From the NCBI RefSeq assembly GCF_018977255.1, contig NW_024704742.1, positions 80,416,001 through 80,480,000 on the forward strand: a DNA stretch of 64,000 nucleotides. Reading direction: 5' to 3'. Made by a program: the position numbers and the translations under genes. Of this stretch, positions 24,291 through 38,030 are shown piece by piece. This DNA comes from Callorhinchus milii. Its lineage: Eukaryota. Under the pieces are notes generated by a model. The model had not been told where the DNA came from, made no database searches, and worked only from the letters and a program-made list of their open reading frames with translations. Numbering within the stretch: position 1 is the stretch's first letter; every line of letters starts with the position of its first letter.

Positions 24291-26801
24291 TACGTTAATT
24301 TACCTGTCAGTCAGGCTTGGCTCTGCCCTACATCTGAGACTGCTACACCTTTTTGTTTTGGACCCCCAGAGCCCACTCAAATATGCTTTTATTGTGTCAG
24401 ACTTTTGAATAAACAACTAGAAGAAAACAATTTTCTTCAGTCAGTTTTGCAGTCTGTGCAATATTGCTCACGGCATACACCATTGTGTTAATGAAAGTAA
24501 GAAACAGCACACTTTTCTGAGGAATTACTACACAGATATTACATTAACATGATATGGTTCCATTTCTTAGAATACTTGGGTGGTCATTTGCTCTATGAGC
24601 CAAGGAAAGTCTGTAAAATAGTAATACTGGTGAATATTACAGAATATCCTGTGAAGAGCTCTGAAACGCCTTCCTGACATGAAAACTGTTATATCAAATA
24701 CAAGGATAATTATTATTATCACACACAAAGATTATCCACATTATATAAATCCAGGAGGGAAATGACCTTGAATCTTTACATTTTATATGCACATTGGCGG
24801 TAATTAACGTAAATTGTGAGCAGCGATGTGTCAATTAAAACTGATGTTAGTTATCACATTGTTGAAAAACGAGACCAACAAAGTCAATCAATAATTAAAG
24901 ACATCAATTGATTTGTAGGTGTGGCCCCTCTGACTTTGTCACAGTGGTTGAGTCTGAAGCTGACATTGCATTTGACAGCCCACAGATCATTGTATTGGCA
25001 TGCTGGTTAGTGACATATTGACTGAACAAAATAAATCAGAGTTGCGATGATATCTCACAAACTGGCACTCTAGTGCTACAATCTGCAGCTCTCAAGTCCA
25101 AAGAGAGTCATGTTTAGTCTTCGGGGGCACAGGGCAGTGGGCGACAGGAGTTCACAGCTAAAGACATCCATTTTAGCTAAGAACTGCCTCTTCGCTCCAA
25201 TCTGCCTCCATTCAACCTTGTGGGAGAGTTGTACCAAGGCCGAGCAAGCGAGCTCGTGGGCCCCGCTTCCTGTTGTTACGTGTTCGGCAAGCATGACACT
25301 TTTTGTAGATTGAAAAGTTTTAAGTACCACCGAGAAAAAGAGGTTGCAAGGGACAATAGAAACCGCAGCCCACCGTGAGTATGAATTGGTTTATGTTTGT
25401 TTTTTCGGACAGCCGGGTGTCTTGACACATACGGAAACCCATCACCATGCTTACAGCAGTATTCAAGTTGGGCTGAGAGTACGGTACTTATGCCACCTAC
25501 ACATTCAAAATGCCCCTGTGTCTGGAATAGTCTGCGCACTCTCTCCCTGTCGGGATGTATCCTGATTATACCTAATTCTGGAGGGAATAATCCCTCTTAA
25601 AAAATGTGGTCATTCAATCCCTGACTGTTTTTGGGACGCTGCTGTGTGCTGGTTTCGCCGACAAAATATAAAGTTAATTCACTTGACAGTGTATTCTGTG
25701 AAGTGCTTTGAGACGTCTTGAAGACGTGATAAGACGCTACATCAAATGCAAGGATTATTATTATTATTATTATATTGACTGTACTGTTGAATGACGTGAG
25801 GGTTAACATCATTGTTAACTAATACATCAGGTGACTCTAACATGGTAATAGTTTCAAGCAGGAGTGAACCTTTGATTCCACCAAGACGATCCCTCAATCC
25901 ATCAGGATTCCTTCAGCACAACATCATCAAAATCAGGGGCTTTTTCCAGGTACTTGCCCAACTGTTTTTGGAAACCCTTTAAAGTTCCTACTTTCAACTT
26001 TGAAAATGACCAATTTATTATTGTTTTGGGTTTTGGAGGGATTATTATTAGGCGTGTGCTTAATCAGTGCAGTTTCGATCATATCTGAAGACCTTATCCT
26101 CGACTGTGTCTACCATTACCTCCCCTTTCTCCCTAGTTCAGCTATTACCTCAGCCTTTGTTAAGCCCTCCAAAGTATTACCCCTGTAAAGGGTGCTAAAA
26201 AAATGCAAGTTTGTGTTGGTGCTGTTGTGTAATTCTTGCCATTTACTCGCAAGTGCCCAGGAAATATAATAATGTTTTGTAGAAGAGACATCCGTTTTTT
26301 CATTTCAATTCCTCTGTCCAGCAACAGGTATATTCCAGCACAGCTCACAGACAGGCTTGTTATCCATCCCATTGATATTCCACTCTAGTGAACCATTTGC
26401 AAACCATAGCTCCTGACTTCAGGTCAGGGCTTAAATGAGCACACTGTTATCTAACAGTCTATTCTCAGTGCTCATTTTAGAAAAAATGTCATTTATCACC
26501 AATTGCCACAAGCAAAAATAATGCAATCACTTTCTCATTTCCAACAAGTAAAATATTGGTCGGAATTCTACACCGTAATTGTTAACATTTTCAGTGCACT
26601 GGATCGTGCACAGCGCTGTCATCCTAACATTGCCCTTAACACAGGTGCGCAAAACAAAATCATTGGATATTTAAAGAATCAATTACAACAGTAAAACTAA
26701 ATGAAGCCTATCATTTTCACAAAAAGTTAATACTTTCTCCTGCACACTGTACAGTATTAATAAATAGCCCATTTATTTCTTTTGTTTATGCTTTTGGTCA
26801 G

Positions 26802-27120
26802 TGGAGCCCTGTAGCTCAGTGGTTAGAGCATTCACCTCTGAAATGAGAGACCTTGGTTCGATTCCCGGTAGGACGAAACCTTAGGCAAGTTTCCTTACTC
26901 CACACGCCTAATAATAATCCCACAAGAAAAAAAAACAATAATCAATTGGTCACTTCAATCCACGACTGTTTGTGGGACACTGCTGTGCGCAATTGGCTGT
27001 CGCATTTCGCCCACAATTATACAGTCAATTCACTTTACAGTCTATTCTGTGAAGCACTTTGAGACGTCGAGAAGACGTGAAAAGCGCTATATCAAATGCA
27101 AGAATTATTATTATTATTAT
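26802..27120 (+). mobile_element. Full-length tRNA/Deu SINE
   Basis: ggagccctgtagctcagtggttagagc head with B box ggttcgattcc, Deu core, (ATT)n tail. Confidence 0.92.
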
Positions 27121-27453
27121 CTTCTCCTCCCTCCATACCCTCCAAAAAAACCTTCAGCTCCTCATCTCTCCCCATCCTGGGCCATCTGCCCAGCCAGTGG
27201 TGTGAAGGATTTTGATGTGAAAGGAGCTTTGCAAATGAAATTATATTGTATGAATATATTCATGAAATGCAATGAATTCTGTGTTACACCAGAAAGGATC
27301 CTATCTCTATAACTTTGAATTACAAGTCCACTTTTCTCTTCTCCACTTCATTTTCTTACTCTCACAGGCTTGCAGTGCTAGGGTTTTGAACTCAAAGAGT
27401 CGAGGCCGATAGTCTCATGCAGTGCTGAGGGTGAGATGCATTGTCCTTCAGAT

Positions 27454-27733
27454 AACATAACATAACATAACATAACATAACATGTAGAAGCAGGAGTAGG
27501 CCATTCGGCCCTTCGAGCCTGCCCCGCCATTCAATCATGGCTGATCTTCTAATCTAACTCCAGCTAATAACCTGACTCTGCCTTATCCCCATATCCCTTA
27601 ATCCCTTTTGCAATAAGAAATCTATCTATCTCTGTCTTGAATATGTTCAAGGACTGAGCGTCAACAGCCCTTTGGGGTAGTGAGTTCCATACATTCACCA
27701 CCCTTTGAGTGAAGAAGTTCTTCCTCAACTCAG
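27454..27733 (-). mobile_element. Short 5'-truncated CR1, same family as 11904-12926, inserted in an old Deu SINE
   Basis: Near-identical to 11950-12225; (ATGTT)n tail. Confidence 0.92.
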
Positions 27734-28394
27734 TAATGTTTAGATGAGGCTTTAAACCGAGATCCAAAATGTGCCTGTACCTAAACGTTGAAGACCCAAT
27801 GGTGTTTGCCCACTAAATATACAGTCAATTCACTTTACTGTATGTTTTGTGAAGTGCTTTGAGATGTCTCGAAGACGCGATAAGGCCAATATCAAATGCA
27901 ATTATTATTATTATTATTATTCGAAAAGAGAAAGGATTTTCTCCCATTGTTCCGGCCAACAATCACCCAGATTTAATAAAATCAGTTATTCACTTCATGG
28001 TTGTTTGTGGGAAATTACTGTGTGTCAATTGGCTAGAATGTTCGCCGACAAAAAGCACAATCACTGTACTTTACAACAACAAAATTACATTTGTATAGTG
28101 CCTTTCACGTCGGGAGGACGTCCCAAGGCGCTGGAGCATATCCTGTGAAATGTGTTGAGACTGCCGCTGACATGAAAGGCATGTCATTTTTAATGCACTC
28201 CCAAAACTGAAAAACAAATCTTACAAAAATTCAGGGCACTAGCTGTAGAAGAGTGAATTGAATTAACCTTGGTATTGTCATGTGTGCTTAAAGCTCCAGT
28301 TGATCACAGCATTATTGCATTGTTCTACGTAGAAATCAGACTCCACTCTTTATAAATGAAAGCTGATGCTCTAAGTACCAGCCATCCTTTATAT

Positions 28395-28852
28395 CAGTGG
28401 TGGACAACTCATGGCCCGTGGGCTGGAAGTGGCCTGCAGGGACGTCAAGAAGTGGCCTGCTAACCATGCACAATTGTCTATGTGAGTGTGTTTTAAATCC
28501 ATGTTGTTTCCAGTTTTTTCTTGATTTAATATTTCTTAATTTATGGCTTGAATCAAGATATATTCAATCAAGACAATTTGTTTTGTTGGCTGACCAAAAA
28601 ATATATACTGTCTACCTTGAAGTCAATTTTCAAGCCAATCCTTGAATTGATTTACACAAGGCACAGTGCAATTACACTCAGAGTGGCAGCAGCAACTTAA
28701 ATTGAAAGCTCTTTCAGGGGTTCATTGCAACTAAAACTCCAGAGAGTGTTGAAGTATTTGCAGCATAATATTTATAAAAAAATATAACAATTCCCTTGCA
28801 AGACTGGTTCTTGTGTTGGTGTTTAGCAATTTACAAAGTTGGCCCATGGCTT
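28395..28852. mobile_element. Possible degenerate hAT-type MITE
   Basis: Left end cagtggtggacaactcatggcccgtgggc resembles hAT/Charlie termini; right end is only weakly recognisable. Confidence 0.35.
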
Positions 28853-29399
28853 AGAGTATTCTCAACAAAGCATGATTTAATGAGCTTATTTCCGTGAGGT
28901 TGCTAATGATTTATGTCCCCTTTTGATACAACGTTTAGGCAACTGTGAAATAAGGGCAAAAAACTGTCAACTGTGTGCTTGATTGTGAATTTATGAGGTT
29001 GTTTGTGGGGGGGAAGCAAGAAAACAGAAGGGAATACCATAAAGTACAGTAATATTGGAATAAAGAAGCTATTTATTTGCTGCATCTCTTTGTCCATGCT
29101 CAGCCTCATGATTCCCACGACCCTGATAACTTGGACATACCGACTCTCTTATTTTGCTGCACTTTCACCAAGAGGAAGGAAAATAAAGAAATGAAGAGAA
29201 ATGGAGGTCACCATCTGATGCAGCACGCCATTGTTTATCACTTTCCACCTTTGTCAGAGACACTTTAACATCCTGAGCTCAGTCAGTTGTCTGGAATCGG
29301 AATGAGAAAGTTCAGGATAAAAATCCCATTCAGCTGTCCACCCTTCTGTTGTTTATAAAATATCCTCCTTGAGGGGGGTTTGGGGGGAGGTAAGCAGGA

Positions 29400-29975
29400 T
29401 CTCCTTAGAGCTGAACTGGCTTCAAGGTGACATGATTATCACTGAAATGTCAGAGTTGAGTCAGCCATCTATGGCGGTCTCGGTAGTTCGGTTCCTGAGC
29501 CAAGCTGTTCTGAGGTATTCTAGGGCAATGCTGATGACAGCACAGCCAGCCTGGCTCATCAGCAGGACCTGGAATGGCAGACGAGTCATGGTGGCAGGGA
29601 GTTATCCCACTCAACTCCTCTTAACCCTGCAAGCCAAACCCCTAACGGGTAGGGTGGTCCCACCTGGACAAGCAGCGGCCAAGCTTGCCAGACAGCAATA
29701 TCAATGGCAAGCTATGTGGTTTTAGCTGGTTTGACTCCAGCAGTATCCCAACGCACACTCCAGGGTCCCCAGGCCTTGGCTCTTGCCAACCTGTGCCTAA
29801 TACTTTGTGGAATTAGGTAAGCAGGAAACATCCCTCCAGGGAGAAATTGCGCATTCCATTCCATCAATCTATCTCTGGGATTTCATGTCAAGGTGGGATG
29901 CATGGAAATCTCAATTTGGTTTGGATACTCTTAAGCATGGTGATGGGTTTCCGCATGTGTCAGGCTGCTGACCAA
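29400..29975 (+). repeat. Unclassified ~600 bp interspersed repeat, longest copy
   Basis: Shares blocks with 7898-8165, 39856-40232 (-), 45205-45540 (-), 57560-57730 and 25400-25560 (-). Confidence 0.8.
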
Positions 29976-31769
29976 AAAAATAAAATAAAATGAGGACAAT
30001 GACTCAAATACACTGGAGAATAGGAGGAGTTAATTGGGTCACTGGGGTTCCATTGGTTCTAAGGAGACAGCTCTGGCAAAGCACCAACACAAGGTCTGTT
30101 AGTGGATGATTAGCCTGTCTGGCTCATGAAAGAGACTTGGAGGTGTACAGATGCCCTGAAACATCTAAATTAAAGACCTAATGGGTAGGATAGTCCTTAA
30201 AGGAGAAGTTATTAGGGCTTAACTTATTTATACATTGTTTTAACAGCAAAATATCATTATCAAGGTGCTGTTTCTTAATTATTGTGTCAATGATTTACAG
30301 ATGATTGAAAATTGCCCAGTGTATGTCTTAGCAAAGGTTAAAAATGTAAAAGATTTAAAAGCACCTTTTATGCTTGATGCTTCCATGTATAGCCTTCAGG
30401 AAATTGAGAACAAAGTGGCCAGCTCTCTTAGCATTTTAATAAGGTCATCCACAACAGATAACAGCCCAAGTCTTGCAGTTAAGTGGTGCAGCACCAAATT
30501 GTCAGCACTAAAGCACTGATTGACAGGGAGAGAGAGATGGAAAAGAGGCATCTGGAAACAGTAACAGCAGCAATTAACTGAAAGGCCACTGAGTGGAACT
30601 GGAGAAACCGCCCAACTCCTCTCCTCTCTCAGGCCTTTATTTTACCCTTTTTTAAAATATTTTTCTTTGTGCTGCATAGAATTTACAAGAGAATTAATAT
30701 TAACAATATTCCTTGATTTTGGTATTGCTCCTTTCAATTCAGGAAAATGTTTCAAGGGCTCCACAGGATGCACTGCAAAGTGGAATGACTGTGTATTTTG
30801 TAGGTAAATGCGACAGTCAGTTATGTACCCAGCTATGTCCCAGAAGCAGTCATGAAGAGAATGACTGTGAACAGACAGCAAAGGTTATCATACTGATTGC
30901 ACAGAGTGTATGTGTATAGTGGGGTGACTCGGAACAGTGTCAGTTTGGCTCATTTGGTACCATTCGCACGACTGGATTAGAAGATTATGGGTTCAAGGCC
31001 TATGTTGGAACTCAAGCTCACACTGATACTCCTGTGCTTTGTCAGAGGTGCAGCCTTTGGGATCAGGTTTCGAACAAAGTTCTTGGCTGCCTGTTTAGGT
31101 TAAGATTAAAGGTCCCATGATACTATTCAAACGAGATGGTTGTTTCTCCCAGGTCCTGGCCAACAATATAATAAAATACATTTTACATTTATATAGTATC
31201 TTTCACATTGGGAGGACTTCCCCAAGCACATTCACAGAATTGGGTGGGCACTTGTGGTCATTCACTTTATTCTTGTCTGTAGAACCTGCTTAGTCCAAAA
31301 TACCACCTTGTCTTAGTCTGTAAAACTATTTTAAATTTTAAGACACTGTAGATTACTGGAAAAATCTTAAATTCATTGTTAATTTGGAAACCAATTATTT
31401 TTAAGAACCAAAGAAAACTAACTCCCTCGATAGAATTTTAGGTCTGCAATGATCAAACTGTTTTGTTTCCTTACAAACACACTCTTGCCAGCAATTATCT
31501 TTGAGAAGTGTTGACGTTATGGGAGCTATATCAAATGCATGGATTATTATTGAATATGAAGTTTAGTATGGACCACCTGTTGTGGAAAGGCAGCTGTTTG
31601 AATGTAAAACATGACAGATGTTTAAATTTGTATAAATCATACTGTAGATTTAATGTATTTGAGTTATACAAGCTGCTGTACTCAGGCACGGTTACTGAAT
31701 TATATTGTTTTACATTTACTCTTTTGAGGGAAACTGTGGAATCAAAAGAGACTGCAAAGGTCTTAAGAA

Positions 31770-32680
31770 GTGACAGGGTATGCACATGGGCTGATAACTG
31801 GCTAATGAAGTTTAATGCGGATACATTCAAAGTGCTACATGTAGCAAGTAAGAAGAGGAAACACAAATATTCCATGGATGAGATAGAAATTGCCAAGGAG
31901 AAAGCTGAAAAAGATATAGGGGTGTTAGTTGACTCATCGCTCACTAGGTCAAAACAGTGTGAGCAGCAATAAACAAGGCAAACCGGATGTTTAACTGTGT
32001 TGTTAAATCAGATCTCTAGAGTCATACAACTGGTCACTATGATATAAGGGGGCTGTTCAAACTCTTGAGAGAGTGCAGAGGAGATAATGAGGAGGATCCC
32101 AAGTGTAGAGGCTACGGCTTTTCAGTCTCAAAAGGAGATGTCAGTGTGGGGACTTTATGGGGACTATATAAAATATTTCAAATCGGATTGAAAAAGTAAA
32201 CCAGAACAAAACTTTAAAATGCACCAAAATGGTAGAACAAGAAGACATAATAATAATCCTTGCATTTGATATAGCGCTTTTCACGTTGGGAGGACATCCC
32301 AAAGCGCTTCACAGAACACACTGTAAAGTGAATTGACTGTAATATTTGTGGGCGAACGCAGCAGCCAATTGCGCACAGCAATGTCCCACACACAGTCGTA
32401 GATCGAAAATGACCAATTTATTATTGCTTTGGAGGGAATTATTAACATAGGTTTAGAGTTGCAAAGCAATTGTAAGACAGACACCAGAAAATGTTTCTTT
32501 ATCCAGAGGGTAATCAATGACTGGAACAAGTAACCAGAAAGGGTGATTGAGGACTGGATCCTGGATTCATTTAAGAAACAGCTTGATTCTGTAATCAGAA
32601 GATCACTTAGTAGTATTTTAGAAGGATGAGATCAGGTGGGCTGAAGGGCCTTTTTCATTCAAAACAGTCTTGTGATTTTG
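31770..32680 (+). mobile_element. Old CR1 fragment interrupted by a SINE (32248-32440, minus strand)
   Basis: Translation includes WADNWLMKFNADTFKVLH and EKDIGVLVDSSL, typical of CR1 ORF2. Confidence 0.8.
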
Positions 32681-32793
32681 TGTACTTATACAAATCCACA
32701 TCCTGCAAACTGAAACCACATCTCAAATCAAAATCCATCACCCTTTCTTAATAAAGATGGTAACATTATGAAAGAGAGAGAGGTGAACTCTGG

Positions 32794-33106
32794 AATAATA
32801 ATAATAATCCTTGCATTTGATATAGTGCTTTTCACGTCTTCTAGATGTCTCAAAGTGCTTCACAGAATATACTGTAAAGTGAATTGACTATATATTTGTG
32901 TGCGAAACGCGGCAGCCAATTGCGCACAGCAGTGTCCCACAAACAGTCGTGGATTGAGTGACCAAATTATTGTGTTTTTTTTCTTGAGGGATTATTATCA
33001 GGCATGTGGAGCAAGGAAACTTGCCCAAAGTTTTGCCCTGCCGGGAATCAAACCCAGTTCTCTCGCTTGCGAGTCGAGTGCTGTAACTACAGAGCTACAA
33101 GACTCC
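32794..33106 (-). mobile_element. Full-length tRNA/Deu SINE
   Basis: Head, Deu core and tail present. Confidence 0.9.
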
Positions 33107-34659
33107 ACAATAAGAGATAAAGAGCTTTGGAAATTTCAAAACAATTGGAGCAAATTTGTTTCTCAGAAAGTTTTTGGCCTGGAAGCAGCAGTGAACATGA
33201 CTGTCCTAGGATAATTCTCCATTGTTACTAAATTCAGCACTATAATAGGTCATCAAACATCTATGTGGCCTGAGGAGTAGATCTAATTGACTTCTGTGCC
33301 CTCAATGTTGGCTACAAAGCTTTTCTCTCTTGCGTTCACCACTTTAAAATAGGCTATCGAGCTATCCTTTTGGGAAGGTAATTAGTACATCTAACTTGTA
33401 GATCTAAAGAGCAGCTATTATTGACTTGGGGCATTGGGGGAAGCAAGTTAATCCATGGGCTCAGATGTCTGTAAATTGTGGAGACTTCCAGTTCTGTGCT
33501 AGTCATTGCTTATCATAAAATCCGAAATGATTTAAAAGAAAAACACTAGAAAAAATATCTAAAATGTAGTAATCTACAGTGATATGGGAAAGGGTAAGAG
33601 AATGCTCTAAATCTCAAACTATTGAAATCACCATTGACATCCAAGTGGCATTCCAGACAGACAATATCTCGGTAAATGCAAGATTCAGGATTTACTAATC
33701 CTTAATTCATTTTACGGTATATTCTGTGAATCGCTTTGAGACATCTCAAAAATGTGATATGGTGCTATATCAAATGCAAGGATTATTATTAATATAGTAA
33801 TTTATACCTATATCAACTTCTGAGAAACATATACTAAAGTATCAGCAGGATGCAGTAATTTTCAGGGAATTTCTGACAGTAAGTACACATCAGAAAAATG
33901 GCAGTATAATTTGTGCCTCTACGATCCACAAACCACATTGGGACTTAAGGTACAACTCCTCCAAGGAACCCACTGAGGAACCATTTACATTGTCGCTATC
34001 ACCACAAGCACTTGTTCAATGACAGGAACTAGTTTTTTAACTTGACACAAGCTTGTAAATAAAGACAAGCCACAATCAAACAGATCCACTTCTTCAACTT
34101 GTCAGTATGAGGATTAGTTTGTAATTAATCACTCCAATTTGACTAATGAAGGGGGTAATGTACAAGAATGCAAAGCAATCAGTTATTTTAAAGGCTGCTA
34201 CAGCTGATGGCTGTTAGGGTTATGAGTGAGTTTGGTTAGACTATTCAGTTCTCAGTTGGCTTGATTTCAGAGCACATTGCTAAATTACATGACACCTGCT
34301 TCAGAGAGGCCTCCGAGAGGCTGGAACAGTTGCAATCTTTTAGGTTAAATCACATTGCTGAGAATAGAATATCATTTGATCACTGCCGTATCTGATCTGG
34401 TAGTGCTTGATGGCGGAGATAAGCATCATTACTAAGTACACAGAACAAGAAACAGTCAATTTCCTAACCGTGACGTCCAATCGTTCTGAGAACTCTTTTT
34501 TATAAAATACTAAAGATTAAATAGAACACACAAACATGTCACTAATCTACTGATTTTGTAGAAAAGATAATTATCTTTATTCCATAATTGTTTTATTATG
34601 TTATCTTTAGTAGTAGCCTGAGGAATTTGATGTGGGACAGCATTGGGTTTATTTGGTAC

Positions 34660-34773
34660 CTATAAACAGAGGTGAGCCTTCCCTGTGGTATCCAACCTTT
34701 TATCTCCTTCAATAACTTAACACAAGAATCTAGATTTTTTTTGTTAATGTCACTTTTCAGCTTCCAGCTGGTC
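34660..34773 (-). CDS. Coding exon of unidentified gene: TSWKLKSDINKKNLDSCVKLLKEIKGWIPQGRLTSVY(R), phase 2 to 2
   Basis: Acceptor gctctcactcctag, donor TAG|gtacca, 114 nt open frame, joins 23112-23341 in frame. Confidence 0.68.
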
Positions 34774-35495
34774 CTAGGAGTGAGAGCCAGGAACAAAACA
34801 CATCATTGCCATGTGGCTCCTGGCTGATCCCCAAAGAAAAATAAATCCCCTGTCCTTGTCTCTCATGTCCTGTTGGAGGATCGCTTTTCCGGAGGTAATA
34901 ATCCATAAATTTTTATAAAAAATTAGTCACTCGATTCATGACTGTTTGTGGGACACTGCTGTGCATAATTGGCTGCAGTGTTTCAACCACAAAATATACA
35001 GTCAATTCACTTTACAATATAATCTGTGAAGCTATTTGAGACATCTCAAAACCGTGGTAAGGCGCTATATCAAATGTAAGGATTATTATTATATGTTACC
35101 CCAAACCTTTGGAAATCCCTTCCTCTATCTCTCCATCTTGCCCCCTCTGTATCAGTCTTGAATTCCCACCTGAAAAGCTATCTCTTTGATTTCTGCACTT
35201 CCCATTGCCCCTCTTCCTCCTCTTTCTTGGCGTCCGACTCCATCTATGAGGCATTTTCCTACATGAATGCTGAAAGCTAAATAACATCTCTCCCTTTTTC
35301 AAATCAAGATATTAAATGCTTCATAAGATTCTCCAGAATCAATTGAGCCTGAACAAAAACTGAATGACTATTACTGAATGTTTCCGAAATCAATGTTAGA
35401 CTACTTCACCAATATCATACATACTATTGCTGCTGTTTGTGTTTTGAACAAATGAGCAGGTCCCTCTGGTAAATTCATCAGTGTTACCTCCTTAC

Positions 35496-35554
35496 TCTGA
35501 TGTAGTAATGTCGGTTTGCTTGATCAGGAATAGTGGTGTGTTTTTGATCAAGAA
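35496..35554 (-). CDS. Candidate exon FLIKNTPLFLIKQTDITTS(E), phase 0 to 2
   Basis: Acceptor gttttgctag, donor AGA|gtaagg, phase-compatible with 34660-34773; could also be skipped. Confidence 0.4.
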
Positions 35555-36228
35555 CTAGCAAAACTTGCAAATTGGGAGTAGTGGATTTGAATGGCCGCCT
35601 GGTTTTCAAAGCTGAACAACAGATTCCCATGTGCTACCCTGACAGAGTAACCGATCCACAGCCTTTTGTAAAAACCGATTCACAACCTATTGTGGCCTTT
35701 GGTAGCCTAAGGAGCATGAAATTAAGTAGCACAAAGTAAAGTTCAGGGAGACTCCGCAATTGATCACATGAATGTAAATAGGTTGGCACATCCTATGCAC
35801 TCCAATTGCTTTATTTGTTGTCGTTGAAAATGTTAGACTGTTTGCCAGTTATTTTGTATGTCAAGAGGGAAGGCTTTGAATGTCTTGGGCAAGGGACTGA
35901 CAAAGGGTGCCTGCTCAGGTCAGAGTGAAGGATAATGCTGACAATTCAGCCTGAGGCTGGGTCTGTGTGACAGCTGATAGAGTAGACTCAATGACAGATT
36001 TTGTAGCCAGTATCTTTCTTGCTTCTTCAGCTGGCAGCTGACATTCTAAGCAAAACTGAAACCATAGTGTGTTAGCCACTCATCCACAAAAGCAGAATCC
36101 TATCAATGTAACTGAAAAGGAAAAGAGAGCTATTCGGCAAATGCAGAGGGCCTTTACAGTGATACTAGAAGCCTCGACTGAGCAACTGAGCACTGTTGTA
36201 AACCTGTGATCAAGGACTACTTAAAGCG

Positions 36229-36781
36229 AACAACAACAACAACAAAATTACATTTGTATTGCGCTTTTCACGTTGGGTGGACGTCGCAAGACGCTGGACA
36301 ATCAGTGTTTCGCACCCGAGCTGGGGGTCAGGATTGGGGAGGGTGGAGGGCAGTGGGGAAGGAGGATGATAGAAGATACGGTTAAAGAGAAGGGTCTTGA
36401 GATGGGTTTTGAAGGGGGCTAGGGAGGGGCAAGGCGGAGGGACTGCAGGATGGAGTTCCAGAGGGTGGGGGCACAGTGGCGGAAGGCCCGCCCGCAAATG
36501 GTGCAGATGGCGAGACGGAGGATGTGAAGCAGGCCGGAGCCCACTGAGTAAAGAGAGCGAGCAGGTTGGTACGGGGTTAGGAGGTCGCAGAGGTAGGGGA
36601 GAGCAAGACCATGGAAGGCTTTGAAGGTGAGGATCAGGATCTTGAACTGTATCCTCTGTGTGATGGGAAGCCAGTGGAATCGGGCGAAGATGGAGGTAAT
36701 AGGGTCACAGAGCCTCATGCGGGAGAGGATATGGGTTGCAGAGTTCTGGATGATCTGCAGCCTATGGAGGGAGGAGTTGAG
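36229..36781 (-). mobile_element. L2 LINE 3' fragment
   Basis: LHRLQIIQNSA and HWLPITQRIQFKIL translation; (TTG)n tail. Confidence 0.92.
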
Positions 36782-38030
36782 GCGTCTCAATGAAGTGCTT
36801 TGAGGCATCTCAATGATGTGATAAGGCACTATATCAAATGCAAGGATTATTATTATTACCTTACAGATGAATGCAAGGAACATTGATCTGTAAGATCCTC
36901 AGGGCAGCTCCAAAGTAATTTGTTCCTTTGGAGCTGCCCTTCTAAGGTTGGCCAGCAGGAATCTGTTTGAGGCATCTACACAGTCAGTGCAATTGTGGTA
37001 TCTATCCACAAGACAGATCTAACCTAGTAAGAACGAGAACTACAGGGAATCTCACTGATTTCAGTGGTTGTTAAACTGGTGGCTAAAGAAGAAACTGGCT
37101 GTATTCTGCTCTCATGAGCAGCCTAATAATAATCCCTCCAAAACAAAAAAACAATAATGAATTGGTCATTTTCAATCCACGACTGTTTTTGGGACACTGC
37201 TGTGTGCAAATGGCTGCCGCGTTCGCCCACAAATATACAGTCAATTCACCTTACAGTATATTCTGTGAAGCGCTTTGGGATGTCTAGAAGACGTGAAAAG
37301 CGCTATATCAAATGCAAGGATTATTATTATTATTGTGTGGGGCAGATTGTATCCCTGATCACAAAACTGCATAAACATCAGGGTAAACATGCCTTCAGTT
37401 GCATTCCTAAATTTCCATAACGTTTTCAACCTTGTGCCTCATGAAACACGCATGAAGAAGTTGGTAGCTGTGGGAATGTATTTAAATAAGAAAGAAGAGT
37501 AAATTTTCCTGATTGATGGCTCCCAATTGGAATGGGTGGGGAACTATCCAGTTCCAATCACTGCAATAAATATTGCCTGGAATGCTGAGTCGAATGGAGC
37601 AAGATGGTGAATTGTAGCACAAGTTGCTAGATATGTTTAAATGTGTGTACAGTTGCTTTTTCGCCCACAAATATACAGTCAATTCCCTTTACAGTATATT
37701 CTGTGAAGTGTTTTGAGACATCTAGAAAATGTGAAAAGAGCTATATCGAACGCAAGGATTATTATTATTATTAACCATTCAAATTGGAGACAAATACGTG
37801 TGCAGGTGAGTTGTATAATCATTATTTAACTACTACAGCTGTCTCACAAGCCATATCAAATTGTCATTCCCCTCAGCTCCCATCTTCAGTTCTGGTACCC
37901 AGTCAGAACTATCAGGTGCTTTGGGACATCATCCGGTGTGAAATAGCAGTATGACAGTGCTATTTAAGTCACTTGCCCTCTCCCCCGGCTCAACTTTTAC
38001 CATTGTTAAACTCTCCAAACCTGCTTGAAG

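Noticed and set aside
26802..26875. tRNA-like sequences with A and B boxes, many copies
   Set aside because: They are SINE heads fused to Deu body and tail, with no proper acceptor stem or terminator, so not tRNA genes.
29530..29565. CTGATGA in the unclassified repeat as a hammerhead core
   Set aside because: No GAAA after a stem II; the motif pairs with tcatcagc and reads gtgatga in the 8012 copy.
29369..29725. 118-aa ORF in the unclassified repeat
   Set aside because: No recognisable domain, and the frame does not appear to be preserved in other copies.
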